A DNA stretch of 64,000 nt. Source: Planctomycetota bacterium (GTDB lineage: Bacteria > Planctomycetota > PLA2 > JAEUHO01). The notes under the pieces are model-generated. The model made no database searches. It had not been told where the DNA came from and was given only the letters and a program-made list of their open reading frames with translations. Each line of letters opens with the position of its first letter. The first letter of the stretch is position 1. The DNA lies in NCBI GenBank assembly GCA_965223505.1, contig CBDCWP010000039.1:192001-256000 (forward strand). The letters are read 5' to 3'. The position numbers were made by a program, and so were the translations under genes. This document shows, one piece after another, positions 10,113 through 19,222 of the stretch.

Positions 10113-10991
10113 ATGCGAATCTCTCTGTTGCTGCTCGCGCTCTTGATCGTCCTTCCCTCGTGCGGAGAGGAGGACCAAGCGCCGGCGGCGTCGCGTTCCG
10201 TATTGCTGCGCTACAAGTTCGAAGACCAGACCCTGCGCTACAAGACGACCGTGGAGACGATCACGTCGAACCCCATGGGGGGCGAGTTCAGGATGACCCT
10301 GTCATCGGTCGATCAGCACGTGCTGAAAGCCAAGCCCGAGGGCGGCGGGTTCGCGGAGGTCACCCGGAGCGAGTTCGATCAGCAGTCCAACATGTTCGAC
10401 AAGCTCCGGGAGTCGGGCATGGAAGTGCCCGACATGGACGAGATGCTCGGTTCGTTCGAGGGCGTCGTATTCCGGATGCACATGACCGAGCGTGGTCGCA
10501 TCGAGAAGGTCGAAGGGCTGGACGAAGCGATGGAGAAGATGGTCGCTTCCATGGACCCCATGGCGGCACAGATGCTGAAGTCGATGTTCAGCGACGATGC
10601 GATGGATCGCATGATGAAGCAGTCGCAGGTGGTGTTTCCCGAGGAAGCCGTGGAGCCGGGTGCGAAGTGGTCGCACGAGGGCGTCATCGGAGCGCCGATG
10701 GGCGGCGAGGGTGAGATGGCCATCGAGACGAAGATGCTTCTGCGCAAGATCGAGGCGGCCGGCGGCAATCGCGTGGCGGTGATCGGACTCGAGATGACGA
10801 TCGAGGGCAAGATGACGATGATGGGCATGTCGATGTCGCAGAAGGGAACCGCGACAGGCGAGATGCGTTTCGACATCGACCTCGGCGCGCAGCGCAATCA
10901 CCACCTCGTCATGGAGACGACCTCGACGACCGCGTCGTTGCCCGAGCCGATGAAGATGACCATGGACATGAAGTCCGAGCTGCAGGAGTAG
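10113..10991 (+). CDS. Met-rich lipoprotein (DUF6263-like)
   Basis: lipobox LPSC; FPEEAVEPGAKW motif recalled from DUF6263 proteins. Confidence 0.55.
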   Translation: MRISLLLLALLIVLPSCGEEDQAPAASRSVLLRYKFEDQTLRYKTTVETITSNPMGGEFRMTLSSVDQHVLKAKPEGGGFAEVTRSEFDQQSNMFDKLRESGMEVPDMDEMLGSFEGVVFRMHMTERGRIEKVEGLDEAMEKMVASMDPMAAQMLKSMFSDDAMDRMMKQSQVVFPEEAVEPGAKWSHEGVIGAPMGGEGEMAIETKMLLRKIEAAGGNRVAVIGLEMTIEGKMTMMGMSMSQKGTATGEMRFDIDLGAQRNHHLVMETTSTTASLPEPMKMTMDMKSELQE

Positions 10992-10994
10992 CCG

Positions 10995-11420
10995 GTGGCC
11001 AACCCCGAGCTCGAGCGGCTGCTCGGCGCGACCGTGCCGTTCGCCAAGGACATGGTGGAGAAGTACGGGGAGTTCTATCCCTACGGGGCGGCGCTGCAGA
11101 CGGACGAGCAGGTCGGCCTTCTTCAGGGCGGCCCGGAGGGCGAGAATCCGCCGGTGCAGGCCGTGCTCGACGCGGTGATCGAGGGGCTGCGCCAAGCCGC
11201 GGGAGAGGGCCGCATCCGCGCGAGCGCCGTCTGCATCGACATGCGCGTGACGCGTCCCGGCGAGACGGAGAAGACGAACGCGATCTGTGTGCAGCTCGAG
11301 CACGCGGAAGGCGAGGCCATCGACGTGTACGTTCCGTACAGCAAGCAAAGCGAGGGCGAGGTCGCGTTCGGCGAGATGTTCGCGGGCCCCGGCGAGGCGC
11401 GCATCTTCGGCGGTGCGTAG
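10995..11420 (+). CDS. hypothetical protein
   Basis: clean ORF with host-like codon usage, 3 nt after upstream stop. Confidence 0.65.
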   Translation: MANPELERLLGATVPFAKDMVEKYGEFYPYGAALQTDEQVGLLQGGPEGENPPVQAVLDAVIEGLRQAAGEGRIRASAVCIDMRVTRPGETEKTNAICVQLEHAEGEAIDVYVPYSKQSEGEVAFGEMFAGPGEARIFGGA

Positions 11421-11463
11421 CGGTCGCGTGCTCGAGAGCCCGCCGGGGCAGCCGTTCAGATGT

Positions 11464-13251
11464 TCACGACGCGCGAGGTCGCGCGATGCCCAGCCGCTTC
11501 ATCCGCGACTCGAGGGTCGTCGGTTTGACGTCGAGCAGCGCGGCCGCACCGTGCTTTCCGCTCACGCGCCACCCGGTCCGCTGCAACGCCTCGAGGATGT
11601 GTTCTCGCTCGGACTGCTGCAGCGTCTGCAGGTCCGGATCGATCGGCCGGGACGCTCGCGGCAGCCAGTCTCCGGCCTCGAGGCGCCCGCGCGAACTGAG
11701 GATGATCCCGCGTTCGATCACGTTTTGCAGCTCCCGTACGTTGCCCGGCCACGGATACGCCACGAGCGAGCTCATGACCTCGGCAGGAATCGCCTCGACG
11801 TGCGTATTCACCTTGTCGCCGAGCAGCGCCAGGAAGTGGTCGACGAGCAGCGGGATGTCCCGGATGCGATCCCGCAGCGGGGGAATCTCGATGGGAACCA
11901 CGTTGAGCCGATAGTAGAGGTCCGCACGGAACTCGTTGCGCTCCACGGCCTCCGCCAGATCCTTGTTCGTCGCCGCCACGACGCGCACGTCGCACTCGAT
12001 CGTCTTGGCGCCGCCGACCCGTTCGAACGCACCGGTCTGCAGCACCCGCAGAAGCTTGGCTTGCAGGTCGAGCGGCAGATCGCCGATCTCGTCCAGAAAG
12101 ATCGTGCCTCCGTTGGCGACCTCGAACCGGCCCAGACGTCGCGCGAGAGCGCCCGTAAACGCGCCCTTCTCGTGACCGAACAGCTCGCTCTCGATCACGC
12201 CGGCGGGAAGCGCCGCACAGTTCACCGTCACCAGGAGCTCGTCCTTCGCCTCGCTGAGATCGTGAATGGCTCGAGCGACCAGTTCCTTGCCGGTACCGGT
12301 TTCGCCGCTGATCAAGACCGTGGAGTTGGTGGCCGCGACACGCTCGATCGTCCGAATGACCGCTCGAATGCCCGTGGACTCGCCGATGATGCCCCGGAAC
12401 TCGGAACGGCGGCCGACCTGCTCCCGCAGGATCACGTTCTCCCTTCGCAACCGGTCGATCTGTTCCTCCGCGAGCCTGCGGTCGTTCACGTCGCGCATGA
12501 TGAGTGTGAATAGCTTCTCACCTTGGAGCGTCGCCTGCGCCAATGTCGCCTCGATCGAAAACGCGTCCCCATGGGCGCGAAGCGCAGTGAGGTTCTCGGA
12601 TTCGCACAGATACGCGCTCTCGCAACCGTTCGAGTCGAACGCTGCCGTGCGTCGGTCCAGGGCCTCCCGTAGCGAGGTGGAGGCAAAGCGCGTGAACGAC
12701 TGCCCCACGGCGATCCGGGCGGGACATCCGAAGAGCGTTTCGGCTGCCGCATTGAACAACCGAATGTCGTACTGGTCGTCGAAGACGATGATCGCGTCCA
12801 TCGCCGAGTCGATGACGGTCGACAGCCGCGTCTGACTTTCGCGGAGCGCCTCCTCCGCCCGCTTGCGCTCCGTGACGTCTTGCAAGACGATCGTCACCGC
12901 TCTGGTCGTCCCGCTCGCGGACTTGAGCGGGTGACAGCTGACCAGACACACCATCCGCGTAACAGGAACGGTCGGTCGAAGACCGTCCATCTCCAGATTC
13001 AGCACCGGCTCGCCGGAGTCGATCACGGACCGCAAGAGGGACTCGACCGGGCCGACGAGGTCGTTCGGAATCAGCGTTCGTACCTCTCGGCCGATGTGCT
13101 CGGACGCGGGGATGCCATGCATTGACGCAAACAGGTCGTTCGCACGCAGGACTCGCAGATTCCGGTCAATCAGCCCGAGGGCCACGGGGGCGCTGCGATA
13201 GAGATGATCCATCTCCGCCAGCTGCTCGTCGGCATCGGCGTGGGATTTCAT
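11464..13251 (-). CDS. sigma54-dependent enhancer-binding protein (2 PAS, AAA+, Fis HTH)
   Basis: [37 protein letters not shown], terminal HTH. Confidence 0.93.
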   Translation of the reverse strand: MKSHADADEQLAEMDHLYRSAPVALGLIDRNLRVLRANDLFASMHGIPASEHIGREVRTLIPNDLVGPVESLLRSVIDSGEPVLNLEMDGLRPTVPVTRMVCLVSCHPLKSASGTTRAVTIVLQDVTERKRAEEALRESQTRLSTVIDSAMDAIIVFDDQYDIRLFNAAAETLFGCPARIAVGQSFTRFASTSLREALDRRTAAFDSNGCESAYLCESENLTALRAHGDAFSIEATLAQATLQGEKLFTLIMRDVNDRRLAEEQIDRLRRENVILREQVGRRSEFRGIIGESTGIRAVIRTIERVAATNSTVLISGETGTGKELVARAIHDLSEAKDELLVTVNCAALPAGVIESELFGHEKGAFTGALARRLGRFEVANGGTIFLDEIGDLPLDLQAKLLRVLQTGAFERVGGAKTIECDVRVVAATNKDLAEAVERNEFRADLYYRLNVVPIEIPPLRDRIRDIPLLVDHFLALLGDKVNTHVEAIPAEVMSSLVAYPWPGNVRELQNVIERGIILSSRGRLEAGDWLPRASRPIDPDLQTLQQSEREHILEALQRTGWRVSGKHGAAALLDVKPTTLESRMKRLGIARPRAS

Positions 13252-13483
13252 GTCGCCAACTCTCTGCGCCCGCAGCCGGCAGGAGGATAGCCCCGGCCGG
13301 GCCGGACGTCGGGAACTTCACGGAATGTCAGGAGCGGACGTGGCCAACCGGCCCGCGCGCGAACCGGAGCCCAGCCGTCAGGGCCGTACGGCCCGTTGGG
13401 AGTCCCCGTGAATTGGGCGCCGCTCCCGGACCACACGACGATGGTCCCGCGACGACGGTCCCGAGTCGGGAGTACTCGCGCGA

Positions 13484-13500
13484 CCGGCATTGCATGTGCA
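13484..13500 (+). promoter_or_regulatory. putative sigma54 -24/-12 promoter
   Basis: CCGGCATTGCATGTGCA: GG(13486-87)-N10-GC(13498-99), 50 nt upstream of ATG 13550, divergent from the EBP gene. Confidence 0.55.
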
Positions 13501-13549
13501 AAAGCTGCGGACCGACGCACCGGGCTGCGGACGGGGGCGGAGATTCAGC

Positions 13550-14026
13550 ATGGCTCGACCCACTCTCTCACCCCACATGATCGTCGCGATGGTCCTCTTG
13601 ACTCTCGCGACCGCGACACTTTCGGAAGCGGCGCGGCCGGCGCGTACGCCCGTTACCGTCGTCGAGAACTTCGACGATCCCGCGGACGCGGGCCCGGTCG
13701 ATCGTCTGGTCATCGGCACCAAGAACGCGACGGCGACGCTCGACGGTGGCGAGATCGCTTCGCAAGCGTGGGTCTTCCCCGGCGGCGTGCAGGGGACCAT
13801 CGATTGGAAGAAGGCCGCATCGAAGGTCTCGTTCACCGCCAGCCTCAACGGCGGCGTCGGATTCGTCTATCTGCTCGGGCGCCGCGACGAGGTGCTCACG
13901 AGACTCACCATCGAGAGCGTCGAGAAGCGGTTCAGCTTCGAGTCCGAAGCCGGTGTGCACAGTGCGATGATCGTTCACCTGGGTTCGACCATCGTGATCG
14001 ATGACCTGGAGTACACGGTTCCGTAG
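13550..14026 (+). CDS. hypothetical secreted protein
   Basis: signal peptide ending SEAA, beta-rich mature part. Confidence 0.55.
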   Translation: MARPTLSPHMIVAMVLLTLATATLSEAARPARTPVTVVENFDDPADAGPVDRLVIGTKNATATLDGGEIASQAWVFPGGVQGTIDWKKAASKVSFTASLNGGVGFVYLLGRRDEVLTRLTIESVEKRFSFESEAGVHSAMIVHLGSTIVIDDLEYTVP

Positions 14027-14171
14027 ACGGCTCCCCGCGAAATCGTCGCGACCGGCATGGCGGCCCACCAAGGGGCCGGGGCGGCGCGAACGTCTCTTCT
14101 CATTCTTCCGCGAGCGACGGATCCGTTGGATCCGCGCAGCTCGCATGGTTTCAAAACGGAGATGATCCAAC

Positions 14172-14657
14172 ATGCATTCGATACGCAAGACCGCGGCACT
14201 TCTCGGCGGCATCGCGCTGCTGCTCACCCTGGGAACACACTTCGTCGTAGGCGATGCCCAGGCCGCGAAACCCCTCTCCAGTGGAGCCGCCGAGCTCCAT
14301 CAGATCGGCGGCTCCGGCATCAGGGCCAAGATCACGTTCACGGACAACGGCAACACGCTCAGTGTCCGCGGCCGGGCGACCGGGATGGACCCGACCGTTC
14401 CGTACATTTCCCTCGTCTACGATGCCGGCGCCAAGCCCTCCGGCCCCTCGGCATGTCTCCCGGCGACGCCCGGCATGTTGTCCCAGATTCAGATGTTCGT
14501 GGGCGCCTGGGTGGTCGACGCCGAAGGCAACGGCGTGCTCATCGCGGACAAGTCCGGTCTCTCATACGTCGCGCTCGGTGACCTGGGTGCGATGTCCGTT
14601 CGGAACGCCATCACGCGCTCCCTCCACGCCTGCGGAAAGACCCACGGCCTGCCGTAG
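14172..14657 (+). CDS. hypothetical secreted protein
   Basis: signal peptide (AQA), beta-rich, two Cys. Confidence 0.6.
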   Translation: MHSIRKTAALLGGIALLLTLGTHFVVGDAQAAKPLSSGAAELHQIGGSGIRAKITFTDNGNTLSVRGRATGMDPTVPYISLVYDAGAKPSGPSACLPATPGMLSQIQMFVGAWVVDAEGNGVLIADKSGLSYVALGDLGAMSVRNAITRSLHACGKTHGLP

Positions 14658-14892
14658 GTGAACCTCCGATCGGTAGCCGACGCGGGTCCGCGGGCGCGGC
14701 CCTGCCCGCGCCGGCATGCCGACGGTCTGCGCCGTCGCCACGGCGCCCGAGCCGCCGGGAGAGCGCGCCTGGAGTGAACTCGGTTCCTCCAAACGAACCG
14801 TTGCTCTGGCGCGCCGACTGCGCAGAATGGTAGTGGCGGTACGGCTCCGACCACGGCCGCGCGGCGAACCCGGCGGCCGGCTTGGAGATCAC

Positions 14893-15984
14893 ATGAAGCG
14901 CGGCTGCTTGCTCGTCCTGGCTCTCGGGGCGTGCCTCTTCGGTTGCGGCGGCAGCGGCGGTACGGGTGCAGTACCGGCCGGACCGACCGCTTGGCGCATC
15001 GTTGGCATGAACGGCAGCCGCACGGCGCCGGAGCTGGGCGCGTACACGGGTGTGCTCCAGCCCGATGGTGCCGGCAGCTACACCCTGTTGGCCGACACGA
15101 ACGAGAGCGGCGTGATCTCGACGGGCGTTTCATTGTCGAACGTCGATTTCCACGTGACCCCGTCCGGCGACGCACACATGGGGATCGGCGGAGCCGGAGT
15201 CATCGGCGAGGGCGTCCGGTCAGCCGACGGACAACTGGTCGCGCTCACCCGGCTCGCTGCCGGGGGTGATCCCGGCCTCGATTTCCTCGTACCGAGGGTC
15301 GCGGGTGCGACGCTCGGCTCGATGTCCGGCACCTGGCGCTACGTTGCCTACGCCTTCGATCCGTCGGGTCCGGACAACACGAGCGCGCTGGGCTTCCTCA
15401 CATTCGACGGGGCCGGTGCGTTCACGGGGACGTCGACATCCAACGAGGACGGCGCCCTCAGCTCGAGCACGACGGGCGGGACGTACAGCGTGACGGCGGA
15501 CGGCACCCTGGAGCTGAACTTCTTCGGGCTGATTGTCATGCGCGGCGGCGTCTCTCCGTCCGGCGAGGTCGCCATCGTCGCAGGCTCAGTTGGCGGCTCT
15601 TCGTCGTTCCCAGCGCTGTTCGTTCTCGTCCGGCCGGCCGGCGGAACATCGGCCTCGGATCTCTCGGGGGTGTACAGCCGGATTGCATTCGACAACCGGT
15701 ACGCCTCCTCCGAGTACGTCAGCGGGATCGGGGTCTTCGGCGCCGACGGCGGTGGGAACTACATGCTGAGCAACGTCCGGCAGAACACGGAAGGCCTGAT
15801 CGCCGCTTCAAGCGGCCTGAATGGGACGTACACGCTCGGTGTCGACGGGACGCTGATCATCAAGCTGCCCGGCCTCGATCCGCTCTACACAGGTTCGCTC
15901 TCGACAGGGGGCGACATCGCGATCTCGGCCGGCGGGCTGCAATCCGGGTTGCCCGGCCATCTCGAGGTCGTCATCCGGCGCTGA
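14893..15984 (+). CDS. lipoprotein with three internal ~115-aa beta repeats
   Basis: GGAG RBS, lipobox LFGC, repeated DG.G.Y / NE.G / GTY.V..DGTL motifs. Confidence 0.7.
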   Translation: MKRGCLLVLALGACLFGCGGSGGTGAVPAGPTAWRIVGMNGSRTAPELGAYTGVLQPDGAGSYTLLADTNESGVISTGVSLSNVDFHVTPSGDAHMGIGGAGVIGEGVRSADGQLVALTRLAAGGDPGLDFLVPRVAGATLGSMSGTWRYVAYAFDPSGPDNTSALGFLTFDGAGAFTGTSTSNEDGALSSSTTGGTYSVTADGTLELNFFGLIVMRGGVSPSGEVAIVAGSVGGSSSFPALFVLVRPAGGTSASDLSGVYSRIAFDNRYASSEYVSGIGVFGADGGGNYMLSNVRQNTEGLIAASSGLNGTYTLGVDGTLIIKLPGLDPLYTGSLSTGGDIAISAGGLQSGLPGHLEVVIRR

Positions 15985-15991
15985 GCGGCGT

Positions 15992-17026
15992 TCACTCCGA
16001 CGCCGAGCCCACTTCTCGTTCGCCGCTGCAGCAGGCCACGATGCGTGTGACGTGCCGCAGGTCCGTGCCGCAGCAACCACCAACGACACGCAGGTTCGGC
16101 AGCAGCGCCGCCAGCTCGACGTGGTGCGCTGCCAGCTCTTCGGGGTCGCCCTCGTCCAGCGTGGGGGACTCGTCCAGCTCGGCGTGGCTCTTGCGCGATG
16201 CGTTGGCGCGGAGCATGCCGATGCGCTCCGTCCACGATCCGCCAGAACGCAGCGTCTCGATGAAATGGGTCGGATGCGCGCAGTTGATGCCGAAGTACGC
16301 GACGGCGCCGGGCGCCTCGCGATCGACCTCTTCGATGGCCGCGGCGAGCGTCTCGCCCGATGGCAGCCGACCGTCGGTCTCGACGGTGAAGCTCAGGACG
16401 CACGGCATCCCGCGCTTCGAGCAGGCATGTGCGATGCCGACGGCCTCGGCGGCCGTCGTCAGCGTGAGTGCCGTCACGGCGTCGGTGCCGGCTTCGGCGA
16501 GCGATTCCACCTGCGGCTGGTGGTAGTCGCGGGCTTGTGCCGCGTCCATGCGCTGCGTGCCGTCATAGCCGTCGTAGCGGGGGCCGAGGTTGCCGCTGAT
16601 GACGAAGCGGTCCGCAGGCAACCCGGCCCGCAGTCGCAGATCCTGCAACAGCCCGACCGCGCGGTGGTTGATGCGGCTGCGGCCGATCTCGTCGTAGCCG
16701 AGGCGCTCGGCCCAGTCCGGGTTGATGCGCCAGGTCGTGGTTTCGAGCACGACGCCGTGCCCGCTCTCGCGTGCGAGTTCGACGAAGGACTCGTAGTAGG
16801 TCGTCAGGCGCCGGCGGCCTTCGGCCGTCTCCAGCAGGACGGCGGCGCTGAAGTGGGGTAGCTCGATCCCGTCCTTGAAGACGAGCTCGGTCTCGAGGCC
16901 GGCATCGGTGAGGAATCGCCGGCCCGGCTGCGGCAGCGGTACGCGGGAGGTGGGGGTGGAGGGCAGCACGGGGAGTCTCCTGGCAAGTGGCACGAGTCCG
17001 CCCGGGCGGGATGCCCGGCGTTCCAC
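15992..17026 (-). CDS. homocysteine S-methyltransferase family protein (start uncertain)
   Basis: LTDAGLET, GPRYDGY, GINCAHP, GGCCGTD. Confidence 0.9.
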   Translation of the reverse strand: MERRASRPGGLVPLARRLPVLPSTPTSRVPLPQPGRRFLTDAGLETELVFKDGIELPHFSAAVLLETAEGRRRLTTYYESFVELARESGHGVVLETTTWRINPDWAERLGYDEIGRSRINHRAVGLLQDLRLRAGLPADRFVISGNLGPRYDGYDGTQRMDAAQARDYHQPQVESLAEAGTDAVTALTLTTAAEAVGIAHACSKRGMPCVLSFTVETDGRLPSGETLAAAIEEVDREAPGAVAYFGINCAHPTHFIETLRSGGSWTERIGMLRANASRKSHAELDESPTLDEGDPEELAAHHVELAALLPNLRVVGGCCGTDLRHVTRIVACCSGEREVGSASE

Positions 17027-17177
17027 AAGAGCCTAGGTCCGGCGTGTGGCGATGCGCACCAACTGTAGGTGCGCCTCCAGTTGACTCGAGGTCAACCTCC
17101 GCGGCAGGTCGCGGCAGCGGCGGAAGGGAGGTTGCGCAAGCGCGAGCGGCGCACGCAGAATCGAGGGGCGATGGCGG

Positions 17178-18068
17178 ATGACGGTCTGCGCCACGCGCAG
17201 CGAGGAGGTCAGCTTGGAAATGCCGTTGGCGATGCCGCTTGGGACGTCGGAGGCCGAGGTCGCCCCGGTCTGGAAGCGACTGTCGGCCTGGGATCCGGAC
17301 GTCGAAGGCGCCGAGCTCACCTTCACGGAGCGGTTGGCTCGAGAGAACCGCTGGTCGGCGCGCCACGCGCGTCGTGTCGTTGAGGAATACCGGCGGTTTC
17401 TCTGTCTGTACCTCACCGCCGGTCATCCCGTCACGCCGTCGGACGCGGTCGATCAGGCGTGGCACCTGCACCTCCTGTACACCCGCGACTACTGGGGTGT
17501 GTTCTGCCCGGAGGTCGCGGGGCGTTTGATCCACCACGGACCGACGCGCGGTGGCGACGGCGAGCGCGGCAAGTTCACGGATTGGTACGAACGGACGCTG
17601 GAGAGCTACGAGCGGGTGTTCGGCGAACCACCGCCGCCCGACATCTGGTCGCCCGCACACACGCGCGTGGATCACACCCAGAGCTTCGTGCGCGTCTCGC
17701 TCGACGACTTCGTGCTGCTGTCGCGCCGCCGCGTGCGACGCGTCGCGCTCGTTTGCGCCGGCACGATGTTCGTGCCGTTGCTGTGCGGGTGCGTCTCGGT
17801 CTCCTCGCTGCCGGACTGGTTCTTTCCCGTCGCGTTGCTGGCGGGCTTGATCCTCATCGGACTCGTCGTCGGGATGGTGCAGCGTTCGCGCGAGCGGGCG
17901 CTCATTCGCGAGATCGATGCAACTGAAGATGCGGAGGAAAAGAAGGCGCTGCGAAAGGAGCTGCGTGCGCTTCGTCGCAAGCACGGCAAGGGGGGCGGCG
18001 CCGCCGGCGGCTGCGGCGGTTGCGGCGGCTGCGGCGGTTGCGGCGGCTGCGGCGGTTGCGGCGGTTGA
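17178..18068 (+). CDS. glycine-rich-domain / TIGR04222-like membrane protein with (GGC)6 tail (start uncertain)
   Basis: RLARENRWS..EEYRRF..PSDAVDQAWHLH motif, two TM segments, GGCGGC tail. Confidence 0.75.
   Translation: MTVCATRSEEVSLEMPLAMPLGTSEAEVAPVWKRLSAWDPDVEGAELTFTERLARENRWSARHARRVVEEYRRFLCLYLTAGHPVTPSDAVDQAWHLHLLYTRDYWGVFCPEVAGRLIHHGPTRGGDGERGKFTDWYERTLESYERVFGEPPPPDIWSPAHTRVDHTQSFVRVSLDDFVLLSRRRVRRVALVCAGTMFVPLLCGCVSVSSLPDWFFPVALLAGLILIGLVVGMVQRSRERALIREIDATEDAEEKKALRKELRALRRKHGKGGGAAGGCGGCGGCGGCGGCGGCGG
18006..18068 (+). repeat. 9-bp tandem repeat GGCGGYTGC x6 plus GGCGGTTGA
   Basis: seen directly; encodes Gly-Gly-Cys. Confidence 0.9.
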
Positions 18069-18145
18069 CGGCCGCGGGGGGCGCCGTGCCGATGTGCCTC
18101 ACGGCCGGCCCGCATGTGTCTGCGACCGCCGGACGACGCTGATCG

Positions 18146-19108
18146 TCACTCGTCGGCGCTCTGCGCCGCGGGACGCACGCTCGCGAGGACGCCGTAGTGG
18201 TCGGACAGGTCGCCGAAGGTCGTGGTACGAGGCGCGTGCACCTCGATCGCGGTGGCTTCCACCGGGTGCAGCGGCGTGGGCGACTCGCCCGCCCGGCCCG
18301 GAACCGCGCCCATGCCGAAGACATAGTCGAGCCGCTCGCGGTCGTCCTCGTCGTCGTCGTCGATGCGCGTGTTGGCCGGCGCGTCCCACGTGTAGCCCGG
18401 CGCCTCGGGATGCGCCTCCCGAAAGAGATCCACCGGGCGCCACTCGCTCTGCATCAACGCGCGATGCTCGTCCGTCTCTTCGAGCACGCCGTCGACGGTC
18501 CGTTCGCCCACGACGTTGAAATCGCCGACGAACAATCCGCATGTGCGTTCCGGGTCGACCGTGCGCGCTAGGAAACGCTGCATGAAGCGCTCGCACTCCT
18601 GGAGCTGCCTCGCTCGAACCTCCGGGTGGGGATCGCGAATCGTGTGGTCGCTTTGCAGGTGCGTTTGAAACACACCAAGCGTCGCATCGTCACCCCAGCG
18701 TTCACCGACATCGAGCGCCGCGCCGAACACGCCCTTGTCGGTGAAGTAGTCGGACGTGAAGGGCGCCGTCGCATCGAACTCGCGGAACCCGTGCCACGGT
18801 ACGTCGCCTCGTTCACGAATGGGGAAGCGCGACGCGAAGAACAAGCCGCTGTCTTCGTCGAAGCTGAACCAGGTGCCGTCGTGACACTTCGGCACCTGGT
18901 GTGGGAAAGCTCCGTCGAGGGTCTGAACGAGCAAACTGCGGACGTCTTCGTTGAACACCTCTTGGAGGCATACGACGTCCACCACCGGCTGCATCCCGAG
19001 GATGTTCTCCGCGATGACAGCGGCGCGCATCACGTCGTCCGCGTCGCCGAACGGCGAGGGCAGGATCTTCACGTTATAGGCGAGTACACGAATCGGTTCC
19101 CCAGTCAC
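18146..19108 (-). CDS. endonuclease/exonuclease/phosphatase (sphingomyelinase C-like)
   Basis: YNV, CLQEVF, DSGL, THLQ, GDFN, RLDYV, SDHYG. Confidence 0.88.
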   Translation of the reverse strand: MTGEPIRVLAYNVKILPSPFGDADDVMRAAVIAENILGMQPVVDVVCLQEVFNEDVRSLLVQTLDGAFPHQVPKCHDGTWFSFDEDSGLFFASRFPIRERGDVPWHGFREFDATAPFTSDYFTDKGVFGAALDVGERWGDDATLGVFQTHLQSDHTIRDPHPEVRARQLQECERFMQRFLARTVDPERTCGLFVGDFNVVGERTVDGVLEETDEHRALMQSEWRPVDLFREAHPEAPGYTWDAPANTRIDDDDEDDRERLDYVFGMGAVPGRAGESPTPLHPVEATAIEVHAPRTTTFGDLSDHYGVLASVRPAAQSADE

Positions 19109-19222
19109 CTCACACCTCCGACAACGGGTGCGAGCATAGCGGCGGGAGCGCTCATTTGCGCGCCAGACTGCAAATCCGTATGCTCACGGCTACTGGTGTA
19201 GCGACTGATCGAGGGAAAGCGT

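Noticed and set aside
18066..18110. TGA as selenocysteine with a SECIS hairpin
   Set aside because: Related proteins normally end in GG after the Cys repeats, and the hairpin lies between convergent genes, so it is more simply a terminator
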